In this document: piece after piece, positions 8,805-18,267 of the stretch | Numbering within the stretch: the stretch's first letter is position 1 | Layout: each line of letters starts with the position of its first letter | From: an uncultured bacterium | GTDB taxonomy: Bacteria; Krumholzibacteriota; Krumholzibacteriia; WVZY01 | NCBI GenBank assembly: GCA_965372355.1 | Contig: CBDVBZ010000004.1 | Coordinates: 5,119-69,118 of the forward strand | Direction of reading: 5' to 3' | DNA: 64,000 bases | Notes under the pieces: model-generated | The model's input: the letters and a program-made list of their open reading frames with translations, nothing else | What the model was told of the DNA's origin: nothing | Databases searched by the model: none | Made by a program: the position numbers and the translations under genes

Positions 8805-9731
8805 GTGAGCCGTGACGGCCGGGCCACCCGCGTGCATTCTGCTTGGGTATATAGCAACATGATGCGATCGACCAAGAACGGCGTGGGGACGCGGGTTTCG
8901 CGAACAAGACCGTCTCCGGGATACCGGGCGGTCACGTGGCTCGCGTCCAAAACGCCTCACCCGATGCTCGTGCGGCTGGCAAAACTCGGCGGATGGATCC
9001 ACTACTGGGCTGCTCGTGACAAGCGTCGAAACTACTTGAACAATACGTCACAAGCAATTGACTTCAATGGCACTACAAAACCGTGGCATGCGTTCCAGAA
9101 TCAAGTACTCAACATCCTCGAACTCCTCAAGGCGACGTCGGAGACCGAAGTCCAGGTGATCTCGCGGCTGTCGCTGCACGGTGGCGAGCATATCGACTCC
9201 GCGCTGCAACTTGGAACCGGCTTGATTCTAACCACGATGCATTCCGGCAACTGGGAGTTGTCCGGGCTGCTCCTGTCCTTACGCGGCTACCCGATTACGA
9301 CCGTCGCGGGAACCCAGCTCCGGGAGGGCTGGTCCGATGAAGTCAAGGCGTTCAAGGAGCGCCACGGCATCAGTGTGATTTCGCCCCACAACAGCATGAG
9401 GCCGCTGTATCGGGCTCTACAGTCAAATCGAATCGTTGTCCTTCACATCGATGGCGATGTTTATCGAGCGGGTATCGAAGCGACGCTTCTCGGCAGAACG
9501 GTGATGGTTCCGCGCGGTCCCGCCCACCTCTCTCGAGCGGTGGGTGCACCCACTGCTTTCGCATACTGCCGGCGAACCGCCGACAACCGCTTGCTCGTCC
9601 ACGTCGAGTCACCCCACGCCCCACCAAGCACGGATGCGGATGAGCTTCGGTTGACGCAGCACTACGTTGGCCGCCTCGAAAATTGTATATTGGAAGACCC
9701 TAGCCAGTGGTGTATATTTAGCAGACTGTGA
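8805..9731 (+). CDS. LpxL/HtrB/MsbB-family lipid acyltransferase (LABLAT superfamily; PatA-like)
   Basis: Family motif TTMHSGNWELSG (H-x-GNWE). Downstream ...VLHIDGDVYRAGIEATLLGRTVMVPRGPAHLSRAVGAPTAFAYCRR is typical of lauroyl/palmitoyl acyltransferases. Start could be the internal MMRS (~8859). Confidence 0.8.
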   Translation: MSRDGRATRVHSAWVYSNMMRSTKNGVGTRVSRTRPSPGYRAVTWLASKTPHPMLVRLAKLGGWIHYWAARDKRRNYLNNTSQAIDFNGTTKPWHAFQNQVLNILELLKATSETEVQVISRLSLHGGEHIDSALQLGTGLILTTMHSGNWELSGLLLSLRGYPITTVAGTQLREGWSDEVKAFKERHGISVISPHNSMRPLYRALQSNRIVVLHIDGDVYRAGIEATLLGRTVMVPRGPAHLSRAVGAPTAFAYCRRTADNRLLVHVESPHAPPSTDADELRLTQHYVGRLENCILEDPSQWCIFSRL

Positions 9732-9756
9732 GTGGTCACCGAATCCGGCGGGTCAC

Positions 9757-10938
9757 ATGAAGGTTGTACAAGTTACCCAATCCTACCATCCCCGTCCCGG
9801 TGGAGTGACGGAGCACGTCGATCACGTCACCCGGGAGCTCAGACGTCGCGGCCACGAAGTGACGATTGTCACCACGAATTTCGGCCATGGCTGCGCCGAG
9901 CAGCCGGGCGTCATCCGTATCGGACGCAATGCCCTCGTCCCGATAAACAGCGCCTGGGTCAACATGACCGTCGGCTGGAATCTGCAACGCGAACTTGCCC
10001 GCGTTCTCGACTCGCAACAGCCCGACGTCATCCACACGCACTGCCCGCTGGCACCGACGCTTCCACTCATGACACTCCTGGCGGCTCCCGAGAGCTCAGC
10101 CGTCATTGGGACGTTCCATGCGGCGGCGCGGCAGAGCCTCGGCTACCGGGTCTTTGGCGGCGTGCTCGAGAAATTTGCCGCGCGACTCGACGTGCGCATT
10201 GCAGTCTCGGATGCGGCGCGGTCTCTGGCGGACTCGTACTTCCCTGGCGACTATGTCATCGTCCCGAACGGGGTTGACTGTGAACGGTTCTCTCCGCGCC
10301 ATAAACCAATCGAGGACTTCAAAGACAACGCGTTCAACATCCTGTTTGTCGGACGCATGGACAAACGCAAGGGGCTCAAGTACCTCTTTCGAGCCGTCGC
10401 GTTGGCCGCAAGACGCACGTCGCGGCGTCTTCGTTTGATCGTCGTTGGTGATGACGGCCCCCGGAGGCATCTGCTGCCGAGGATCAACGATGTTGTCGAA
10501 GTCGTTTTCACCGGTGTTGTCGATCGTGATCTGGTGCCGCGCTACTTCGCAACAGGCGATATGTTCTGCTCACCGGCAATAGACCGCGAGAGCTTTGGAA
10601 TCGTTCTTCTGGAAGCGATGGCCTCGGGGCTTCCCGTCGTCGGGACTACGATACGAGGCTATCTGACCATACTCAAGCCGGAGCAGAATGCGCTCGTCGT
10701 CCCGCCAAAGGACCCCACCGCGCTGTGTGACGCCATCGTGCGGATGGCCGAGGACGAACCCCTGCGCTGGAGGCTGCGCAAGGCGGGGCTGAGCTTCGCC
10801 CAGTCCTACCGATGGGACCGCGTCGTCGATCAGCTCGAAGCGGTCTATCGAGGACAAACGGAATTGCAGACCGCCTGGCAATCCGCCGATGCGCAGCTCA
10901 TCGCGGAATCGCCCCCCGCGAGGGCACAAAAGGCCTAG
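9757..10938 (+). CDS. GT4 glycosyltransferase, PimA-like (phosphatidylinositol mannosyltransferase-like)
   Basis: From MKVVQVTQSYHPRPGGVTEHVDHVTRELRRRGHEVTIVT. Blocks RIAVSD...VPNGVD...FVGRMDKRKG...CSPAIDRESFGIVLLEAMASGLPVV parallel mycobacterial PimA (RIAVSD, IPNGVD, FLGRYDEPRKG, CAPHLGGESFGIVLVEAMAAG). The ORF-track start at 9667 is an extension. Confidence 0.8.
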   Translation: MKVVQVTQSYHPRPGGVTEHVDHVTRELRRRGHEVTIVTTNFGHGCAEQPGVIRIGRNALVPINSAWVNMTVGWNLQRELARVLDSQQPDVIHTHCPLAPTLPLMTLLAAPESSAVIGTFHAAARQSLGYRVFGGVLEKFAARLDVRIAVSDAARSLADSYFPGDYVIVPNGVDCERFSPRHKPIEDFKDNAFNILFVGRMDKRKGLKYLFRAVALAARRTSRRLRLIVVGDDGPRRHLLPRINDVVEVVFTGVVDRDLVPRYFATGDMFCSPAIDRESFGIVLLEAMASGLPVVGTTIRGYLTILKPEQNALVVPPKDPTALCDAIVRMAEDEPLRWRLRKAGLSFAQSYRWDRVVDQLEAVYRGQTELQTAWQSADAQLIAESPPARAQKA

Positions 10939-10943
10939 CCGCT

Positions 10944-12176
10944 GTGCCGTCTTCGCGCGCTCTCAAACTCTGTTTTCTTTTCTTTGCACTCGCTCAGATC
11001 ACGTCGATATTCGGTGATCGTCTCCATCAGTTCTCCGTCGTGGGAATGATCGGGCGCATCAACCCCGGCGATGCCGTCGAGCTCTATCAACTCGCTCTTT
11101 TTTCGTTTTTGCCCGTCCTCGTCTTTGCCCCCATGTTTGGCAGCCTGATCGACCGGTCCAACAAAGCCCTCGTGCTGATCGTGGTCGATCTGATCCGCGG
11201 GGGTATCGTGCTTCTGGTTCCCACGCTGTTCTACCTGATGGGCAACCTGTACGCGTTCTATCTGCCCGTGCTTTTCCTCTCGCTCGCCAACCTCTGGTTC
11301 GCGCCCGCGAAGTCTGCCGTCATCCCGGAGATCTTCGGCGAGCGATATCTGCTGCAAATCAACGCGGTCCTCTGGGGACTGGGAATCGTCGGCACGCTGG
11401 GCGGATTTCTGCTGGGCGGGTGGCTGATCGACTTCCACAGCTGGGAACTGAGCTTCTACAGCGACGGCGCGAGCTATCTGATCTCGGTGGTGTTTCTGCT
11501 CCCCATGCTCGCCGTGGCCCGCGCGCGAAAGAACAAATGCTCGAAACAAACGGCGACGCCTGCCGGCGACGCCGCGCGCGGCATGATCGGCTCCGTTCGC
11601 GAGGGACTCGTTCTCATTCGGGGCAACCGGCCGGTGGCATACGGACTGATCACCCAAACCACGTTGTTCGGGGGCCTCGGTATCCTCTACGTGATCGGCA
11701 TTGCGCACATCCAGTCGGTGTTTCCACCGGACAGGACGATTTACCTGAGCATCGTCGCGTCGGCCGCGACGGTTGGTCTCCTGGCAGGCGCCGCGCTCGG
11801 GGCGGCGTTGAGGCGATGGCTATCCGTCAACCCGGTGATCGCGCAGTCGACCTTTCTTCTCGCGATCTCCTGCATCGGCATTGCCAGAACTGACACGCTC
11901 GTACCCATGACCGTTTGGGCGCTCGTCATGGGGATCTCGCTGTCGCCTCTCTTCATCGTCACGGAAACGCTTCTCCAGGTGTCGACACCGGAGGCGTTCC
12001 GGGGGCGCGTGTTCTCCTCCCGCGAGGTTCTGACAAAGGCATCGTTTCTCTTGATGTCATCGGTAGCGACGCTCGCAACAGCGCTCGTCGGCAAAGAAAC
12101 CATCATAATGGGCGTCGGCGTAGTTCTTGCAGGACTTGCGATGTTGCTCGCAACGAAGAACTTCCTTAAGGCGTAG
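10944..12176 (+). CDS. MFS-type transporter (12 predicted TM helices)
   Basis: Hydrophobic helices throughout (LCFLFFALAQITSIFGDRL..., GLGIVGTLGGFLLGGWLIDF...). Putative GTG start at 10944 just after the upstream stop; the ORF-track start at 10812 overlaps the GT4 gene. Confidence 0.7.
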   Translation: MPSSRALKLCFLFFALAQITSIFGDRLHQFSVVGMIGRINPGDAVELYQLALFSFLPVLVFAPMFGSLIDRSNKALVLIVVDLIRGGIVLLVPTLFYLMGNLYAFYLPVLFLSLANLWFAPAKSAVIPEIFGERYLLQINAVLWGLGIVGTLGGFLLGGWLIDFHSWELSFYSDGASYLISVVFLLPMLAVARARKNKCSKQTATPAGDAARGMIGSVREGLVLIRGNRPVAYGLITQTTLFGGLGILYVIGIAHIQSVFPPDRTIYLSIVASAATVGLLAGAALGAALRRWLSVNPVIAQSTFLLAISCIGIARTDTLVPMTVWALVMGISLSPLFIVTETLLQVSTPEAFRGRVFSSREVLTKASFLLMSSVATLATALVGKETIIMGVGVVLAGLAMLLATKNFLKA

Positions 12177-12205
12177 AATCATTACTCAAAGCGGGTGATC
12201 CTGCT

Positions 12206-12646
12206 GTGCGCATAATCGAAAAGATGCTAAACGAGATGTTCGCCAGGCTTCTGAACATCGAAATTGACCCAGCTGTTGTGGAAAAACTCGTACCCGTAGT
12301 TGCCGGTGTCTCTGAAAAGATCAAAGGCACCCTCGATCTCGACACCGTGCAGGGGCAGAATACGTTTCGCGCACTCATCTGCAGCATGATTGCGCACGGT
12401 TGGGGACTCGGCATGCATCCCGACAACAACCCACGGCGAAATCTCGACGACAAGAGGCTCGAGGTCAAGGTCTGCAAGGACATCCTCGTACCGATGGAGA
12501 CCCTGAAGGCGATACGCTACGTCCAGAAAGATGAATACGGCCGTGTCAAAAAGGCGCTCTTCGAGCCCGACCAAAACGCGAGGATATGGAATCAGATCGA
12601 TGAAATGCTGGGGCGAGTCGCCAAAGAGAAGTCGCAGGAGGACTAA
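12206..12646 (+). CDS. hypothetical protein
   Basis: 146-aa ORF in an otherwise unoccupied interval, with mixed charged/hydrophobic composition. No recognisable motif. Confidence 0.45.
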   Translation: MRIIEKMLNEMFARLLNIEIDPAVVEKLVPVVAGVSEKIKGTLDLDTVQGQNTFRALICSMIAHGWGLGMHPDNNPRRNLDDKRLEVKVCKDILVPMETLKAIRYVQKDEYGRVKKALFEPDQNARIWNQIDEMLGRVAKEKSQED

Positions 12647-13560
12647 GGCTTCTTATCGCCTTCGTTCACGGGCGGGTGTGAGTTGCCGTTGATCTTCTCG
12701 AGCTCCACGGACCGTCCACCATCCGAATACACCACCTTGTCCATGATGCTCTGCATCAGATACACTCCCCTCCCCGAGGACCGGAGCACGTTCTGACCCC
12801 TGGTGGGATCCGCTATCGCGGCGAAGTCAAACCCTTCCCCTTGATCCTTGATCTTGATCTTGAAACGCGACGAGCTCACATAGATGTGTACGCTCACCTT
12901 CTTGTGGGGGTCGGATCGATTGCCATGGAGCATGGCGTTTGTCAGCGCCTCGTCACAGGCCAGCGGGATATTGATCCTGCAGTCCGTCGGCGGATAGGAG
13001 AATTCCTTCAACAGGAGTGAAATCAGGTAGTTCAAACCGAGCACGAACGCGAGATCGTTTGGGATCAGGAAATCGAGCCGGACCATCCCGCGTCCCATGA
13101 GATCGGGGTACCGCTTGAACTGTGGGATATTGGGAAGCGCCGTTGCGATTTCCGCCTTGAGATCGATGTCCTCGTACGGCGGCAAGAGCACGTTCTGCAC
13201 TCCGATCGACTGGAACCTCAGGAAACTCACCTGCGGGCACTCACCCAACACGAGCAAATAGTTGAGTTGCGGATACTCGAGCTTGCAACTGCGCAGGAGC
13301 GGAGCGTCGATATCCTGCGCCTTCTTCTCGACGATGACAGCAAAGGCCAGGCTGAGCTTCTCCACCCGGGCAAGCGCCTCCATCAACTTTTCGATACTGG
13401 AATGGACCGTGTAGTGCTCCGGAGCGCCGGAGCATTTTGAAAGAACTACCCTGAGGTGCCCGGAATCACTCGAAACGACGTAGACTATTGGCTCTCGAGC
13501 TCTGGGCGCTTCTTGATATGCGTGACCCGGTACGTGGCGTTCAGAATACTTTTTGCCCAT
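12643..13560 (-). CDS. RsbW-like GHKL ATPase/serine-kinase domain protein with N-terminal pseudo-receiver-like domain
   Basis: C-terminal N-box ACDEALTNAMLHGN and G1-box KDQGEGFD match the HATPase_c fold of anti-sigma-factor kinases. The N-terminal ~190 aa show alternating beta/alpha hydrophobic blocks (IVYVVSS, LAFAVIV, YLLVLG) suggestive of a REC/STAS-like fold. Start taken at MGKKYSE. Confidence 0.6.
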   Translation of the reverse strand: MGKKYSERHVPGHAYQEAPRAREPIVYVVSSDSGHLRVVLSKCSGAPEHYTVHSSIEKLMEALARVEKLSLAFAVIVEKKAQDIDAPLLRSCKLEYPQLNYLLVLGECPQVSFLRFQSIGVQNVLLPPYEDIDLKAEIATALPNIPQFKRYPDLMGRGMVRLDFLIPNDLAFVLGLNYLISLLLKEFSYPPTDCRINIPLACDEALTNAMLHGNRSDPHKKVSVHIYVSSSRFKIKIKDQGEGFDFAAIADPTRGQNVLRSSGRGVYLMQSIMDKVVYSDGGRSVELEKINGNSHPPVNEGDKKP

Positions 13561-14149
13561 CCGCCAAAATCTCGTTGAGCGCTTCTTTGAAGTAGTCGGT
13601 TGATTTGGCAACCTCAGGCCCGACTTTTTCCTTGTAGAGTTCCCAGGATTTCTTTATCTCGTCACCCAGAGCCATCATGAGATTGCCGTCGACGAGCGCC
13701 TGATCCCGTTTATCCTGGTTGTAACACAGGATATCGGAAACCAGAACCCTGGCGAGCCGCCTGGCCCTGTCCTGCTCGGTGTCCCTGCGGCGCTTCCTTC
13801 GCGGCGGCGTCTTCGCAGACGCGCGTTCCGGTGTCGCAGGTGGACTCGCCTTCTCGTCGGGTTGTCCGCCGGCATCCGTCTTCAGAGCGGGCTCGCGTTT
13901 CAGCTCCACGCCCGATCCCTCGGGTGGTTTTGTAAACGCCGCCTGCTCCTGCATTCCAACGGTGGTATCCGGCGATTTCGCCGGTGACCTTACCATGACG
14001 TCTTCGACACCGACAACCACATTCTGGCGTTGCGGCGCCAGGGTGAAAACCGCCTTGCACTGCGGGCACCGGACACGTGTGGGTTTGGATGGAACCTTTG
14101 CATCCGGCAGAAAATATTTCGCCGCACACCCCTCACAGAGAATGGTCAT
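13541..14149 (-). CDS. zinc-ribbon (MJ0042-type CxxC...CxxC) protein with Pro-rich linker and conserved C-terminal helical domain
   Basis: N-terminus MTILCEGCAAKYFLPDAKVPSKPTRVRCPQCKAVF. Pro/Ala/Lys-rich linker with an RRKRRR patch. C-terminal ...ARVLVSDILCYNQDKRDQALVDGNLMMALGDEIKKSWELY.... Confidence 0.55.
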   Translation of the reverse strand: MTILCEGCAAKYFLPDAKVPSKPTRVRCPQCKAVFTLAPQRQNVVVGVEDVMVRSPAKSPDTTVGMQEQAAFTKPPEGSGVELKREPALKTDAGGQPDEKASPPATPERASAKTPPRRKRRRDTEQDRARRLARVLVSDILCYNQDKRDQALVDGNLMMALGDEIKKSWELYKEKVGPEVAKSTDYFKEALNEILADGQKVF

Positions 14150-14301
14150 GGACAGGCCTACCCTTTTTGCTCAACAAGGCAGACCGTGCGGATCGAGCGT
14201 CCCACAGCCTGCACAATCTCCTGCGAAAAAACGGAAACCCGACAGCGTTTGTGCCGTTATGCGGTGACATTAGCAACAATTACGCCAAATGCGCGTCCGA
14301 T

Positions 14302-16395
14302 CTAGCTGATCGTACTCAGTGTCGCGTCGAACTCCATTTCCTCGAGAAATCGACGGCACGGCACCGATTCGGGGCTGGTAAGGCGCAAGTCGTTATCTAT
14401 CAATCGTTTCACGCGCGAGCGCGCAATTTCGACGATTTTCTGATCGAGAGCCGGATTCGCGACCTTGAGCCCGGGCACGCCGTGCTGCCGCACGCCGAAG
14501 AACTCACCCGGCCCGCGGATCTTGAGATCCTCCGCGGCGATCCGAAAACCATCGGAGACGCGCGTCAGCACGCCGAGCCTCTGGCGGGCGATGTGTGAGG
14601 TGGCATCGGAGACGGCGAGAAAGCAGAAACCCGGTGTGCCACCGCGGCCCACGCGCCCCCTGAGCTGGTGAAGCTGGGACAGTCCGAACCGCTCGGGGTG
14701 GTGAACGACCATGATCGTAGCTTCGGGGACGTGTACGCCGACTTCAACGACCGTGGTGGCAATCAGCGCCTTGATTCGCGACGCCGAGAAATCCTCCATC
14801 ACCCTCTCTTTGTCGGCCAGCGGCATCCGCCCGTGCAGCATACCGATCGGCAGACCGGCAAACACGCCGTTCGAGAGTTCGTCAAAGGCCGACACGGCGG
14901 CCTCGAGATCCTGCTTCTCCGTCTCATCGATCAGCGGATAGAGCAGATAGGCCTGACGCCCCGCCTCCAGTTCTTCGCGGACGAACCCATACATCGCGTC
15001 GCGTTTGGCGCTTTCTACAACTCGTGTCTTCACCGCCGCGCGACCCGGCGGCATCTCGTCGATCACGGAGAGATCCAGATCCGCATAGGCGGTCAGCGCC
15101 AGTGTCCGCGGGATCGGCGTCGCCGTCATGACCAGCATGTGCGGGCTGGCGTGCTTGTCGAGGAGAATCGCGCGCTGCCGGACGCCAAAGCGGTGTTGTT
15201 CATCGATGACAACGACGCCGAGGTTCTTGAACCGTACGTCTTCCTGTATCAACGCGTGCGTTCCGATGACCACCCGGGCAACGCCCTCCGCAATTCGGGA
15301 CTGAACGCGTCTCTTCTCTCCGGGCTTGAGCGACCCGATCAGCACATCAACCGGGACCTTCACCGCCTCGAAAAGCCCGGTCAGACTTTTTGCGTGCTGG
15401 ATCGCTAGGATCTCGGTCGGCACCATGAACGCCGCCTGACAGCCCGCCTCCACGCCGGCGAGCAGCGTCAGACCGGCGACGACGGTCTTGCCGGAGCCTA
15501 CATCCCCTTGGAGAAGGCGATGCATTCCCCTGTCGCTGGTGAGATCCGAATGGATATCGCCGAGGACCCTCTGCTGTGCTCCCGTCAACGTGAAAGGCAG
15601 CGCCTGGATCGTCTTCTTCTCGAACACGAAGTCGATGCTGACGGGCGACCGGCGCGATCTCCTCGACCGCTGGCGTTGCAGCGCCAGTGTCAGCTGCAGA
15701 TAGAACAGCTCCTCGAGCTTTAGCCGCCACATTGCCCGCTCGTGGTGTTGCCAATCATCCGGAAAGTGAATGCCGCGCAGCGCGTCGATTCGGCCCAGGA
15801 TCTTCTGTTCGAGAACGACGTCGGATGGCAGGTTCTCTACGATCACCGTCTCGTACCGATCGAGCGCTCGGGCGACGAGGTCTCGCAGATACCGTTGTGA
15901 TACCCCGGCGGTCAACGGGTAGACGGGAACGATCCTCCCCGTGTGCACCAGATCCTCATCCAGCGCTTCTCCGACCATTTCGAACTCCGGGTTGACAACC
16001 TGCCGGACTCCCTGGAAGAAACGCAGCTCACCGTTCAGAATGAGCTCCCCACCGGGTTTTAGCTTCTTGGCCAGATACGGTTGGTTGAACCAGACCACCT
16101 GGACGATTCCCGAATCATCTCCGACCACCACCGTGAGAATCGACCGTCTCCTCCGGGTCCGCCGCTGGGCAACCGTGAGCACCTGACCGAGAAAGCTCAG
16201 GTTTTCCCCAGGTGTCAACTGACCTATTTTCAACAAATTGCGTCTGTCGTAGTATTGGCGTGGAAAATGGGTGATCAGATCGTTGACCGTCTCGATGCCC
16301 AGCTTGAGGAGACGCTGGGCTCGAACCGGCCCCACACCCTTTAGAAACTGGCAGCGATCCGCCAGCGAGAGGCATCTTTGTTGCTGACCGGACAA
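14302..16395 (-). CDS. recG: ATP-dependent DNA helicase RecG
   Basis: 697 aa. N-terminal wedge/HhH region (FLKGVGPVRAQRLLKLGIETVNDL). Helicase motif I GDVGSGKT, motif II VIDEQHRFG, then C-terminal helicase domain. Confidence 0.95.
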   Translation of the reverse strand: MSGQQQRCLSLADRCQFLKGVGPVRAQRLLKLGIETVNDLITHFPRQYYDRRNLLKIGQLTPGENLSFLGQVLTVAQRRTRRRRSILTVVVGDDSGIVQVVWFNQPYLAKKLKPGGELILNGELRFFQGVRQVVNPEFEMVGEALDEDLVHTGRIVPVYPLTAGVSQRYLRDLVARALDRYETVIVENLPSDVVLEQKILGRIDALRGIHFPDDWQHHERAMWRLKLEELFYLQLTLALQRQRSRRSRRSPVSIDFVFEKKTIQALPFTLTGAQQRVLGDIHSDLTSDRGMHRLLQGDVGSGKTVVAGLTLLAGVEAGCQAAFMVPTEILAIQHAKSLTGLFEAVKVPVDVLIGSLKPGEKRRVQSRIAEGVARVVIGTHALIQEDVRFKNLGVVVIDEQHRFGVRQRAILLDKHASPHMLVMTATPIPRTLALTAYADLDLSVIDEMPPGRAAVKTRVVESAKRDAMYGFVREELEAGRQAYLLYPLIDETEKQDLEAAVSAFDELSNGVFAGLPIGMLHGRMPLADKERVMEDFSASRIKALIATTVVEVGVHVPEATIMVVHHPERFGLSQLHQLRGRVGRGGTPGFCFLAVSDATSHIARQRLGVLTRVSDGFRIAAEDLKIRGPGEFFGVRQHGVPGLKVANPALDQKIVEIARSRVKRLIDNDLRLTSPESVPCRRFLEEMEFDATLSTIS

Positions 16396-16464
16396 TGGAC
16401 TACTCCCTTGCCTTGATGGGCGACTTGCGGTATATTACGTGAGTTCTTAAGGGAGGTCTATACA

Positions 16465-16656
16465 ATGAGTCGCAAATGTGAAGTCTGCAAAAAAGGGCCG
16501 ATGGTCGGCAATAAGGTCAGCCACGCTCACAACACATCGAGACGCCGGTGGCTGCCGAATCTCCAGAAGATCACTGTCGAGCTCGACGGCAAGGTACGCA
16601 ACGCCTATGTCTGCACGTCTTGTATACGTTCGGGCAAGGCAAGAAAAGTGGTATGA
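16465..16656 (+). CDS. rpmB: 50S ribosomal protein L28
   Basis: 63 aa: [36 protein letters not shown]... Confidence 0.95.
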   Translation: MSRKCEVCKKGPMVGNKVSHAHNTSRRRWLPNLQKITVELDGKVRNAYVCTSCIRSGKARKVV

Positions 16657-17025
16657 GACGAGCCGTTCCCGCCTTTTCGCCACAGCACCACCCAAAAAGT
16701 CAGCCTTGAAGCCCCTTGTCAAGATCACCGTGTATTGGTAAGGGGTCGCAGCAGATAGCGCGCCTTTACCCGAGGCCTGCGCCAGGTCTGACGACCTTCT
16801 GCACCCGTCTCAAAGTTGACATTCTGCAGTTTTGTACTAAAATAGACTATAGAAGGGTTCTCCGGAAGCTGTTGCGCTGATTGTCTGGGACTAAAATATA
16901 TTCCTCTTCCTGTGCTCTGGTCCAAGAAATCGGATTACACTTCTTCGGGAATCCTTCTCTTTATTGACCCCCGCGTTTGTGAGCAACCGATTCCCCAACA
17001 AAGGCAAGAGCGAACCCTTCTTCTG

Positions 17026-18246
17026 TTAGTCCATTTGCTTTCTCACGAACGTCGGAACCCTGAAATTGTCTGAGTTGAACGAGCGAATCGAGCCGCTGCC
17101 CATCATGACGGTCTCTTCCGCTTCTTTCGCCTCGGCGACGGGCTCGGCCTCGACCTCGACCGGTTTCTCCTCTGGTTCCGGTGCACGAGGCTGGGGTTTG
17201 AGTTCGACGACGCGCTGATCACTGCTCAGCAGCTCGGTGAAATTGATTTCCTTCCTCTCCGTCTCTTCCTCCTCTTTGATCACCGGGACGCCATCGAATC
17301 CGGTCGCGATCACGGTCACCTTGAGTTCGTCGGCGGACAGTTTCTCATCGATCACCGCGCCGAGAAACACGTGCGCACCGGGGCCTGCTTCCTTGTTGAT
17401 GATCGTCGCCGCTTTGCTGACCTGCTGCAGGCTCAAGGACTTGGATCCGGTGATGTTGACCAGAATCCCGCTCGCGCCGCGGACCGAAATGTTATCGAGC
17501 AGCGGGCTGGCAATCGCCATGTTCGCGGCTTCCTCAGCACCGTTCTTGCCGCTGCCGACACCGGTTCCCATAATGGCATCGCCGCCATCGCTCATGACGC
17601 TACGGACATCGGCAAAATCCAGATTGACCACGCCGGTCTCCGTAATCAGATCCGAGATACCACGAGTCGCGTTGCAGAGCACCTCATCGGCCAGCGAGAA
17701 CGCATCGAGCAACGGTGTGTTCTCATCGGTGATCGCGAGCAGCTTGTCGTTGGGGATGACGAGCAACGTATCCACTTCCCTCTTGAGTTCCTCGATCCCC
17801 TTTTCCGCCTGCGCGATCCGCTGATCCCCTTCGAAAAAGAAGGGTCGCGTGACAATACCCACGGTCAGCGCTCCGGCCTCGCGCGCAATCGAGGCGACAA
17901 TCGGGCAAGCTCCCGTGCCGGTGCCCCCACCCATCCCAGCGGTGAGAAACACCATATCGGCACCCTGAAGGCTTTCCCTGAGGACTTCGCGGCTCTCCTC
18001 GGCAGCCTCTGCCCCGACTCGCGGGTCGCCACCGGATCCCAGTCCTCGGGTGATCTTTGCGCCGATCTGGATTCGCTGTTGAGCCTCCGACCCCCTCAAC
18101 ACCTGCAGGTCCGTATTCAGCGCCGTGAAGTCGACGCCACCAAAACCCGCGTTCACCATTCGGTTCACAGCGTTTCCACCGGCGCCACCAACCCCGACTA
18201 CTTTGAGGACCGTTAGCCGCTTGTCTTCCTCGAGTTGAAAACGCAT
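17026..18246 (-). CDS. ftsZ: cell division protein FtsZ
   Basis: Tubulin signature GGGTGTG ([19 protein letters not shown]). N-terminal [15 protein letters not shown]. Disordered C-terminal linker plus conserved C-terminal peptide. Confidence 0.97.
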   Translation of the reverse strand: MRFQLEEDKRLTVLKVVGVGGAGGNAVNRMVNAGFGGVDFTALNTDLQVLRGSEAQQRIQIGAKITRGLGSGGDPRVGAEAAEESREVLRESLQGADMVFLTAGMGGGTGTGACPIVASIAREAGALTVGIVTRPFFFEGDQRIAQAEKGIEELKREVDTLLVIPNDKLLAITDENTPLLDAFSLADEVLCNATRGISDLITETGVVNLDFADVRSVMSDGGDAIMGTGVGSGKNGAEEAANMAIASPLLDNISVRGASGILVNITGSKSLSLQQVSKAATIINKEAGPGAHVFLGAVIDEKLSADELKVTVIATGFDGVPVIKEEEETERKEINFTELLSSDQRVVELKPQPRAPEPEEKPVEVEAEPVAEAKEAEETVMMGSGSIRSFNSDNFRVPTFVRKQMD

Positions 18247-18267
18247 ACGCCTGCTCCTTTCATCGAG

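Noticed and set aside
16657-17025. Possible tRNA or small RNA in the convergent gap between rpmB and ftsZ
   Set aside because: No T-loop (GTTCGAATC-like) or acceptor-stem pattern found by eye. The region is simply lower in GC. A real check needs a tRNAscan/Infernal run.
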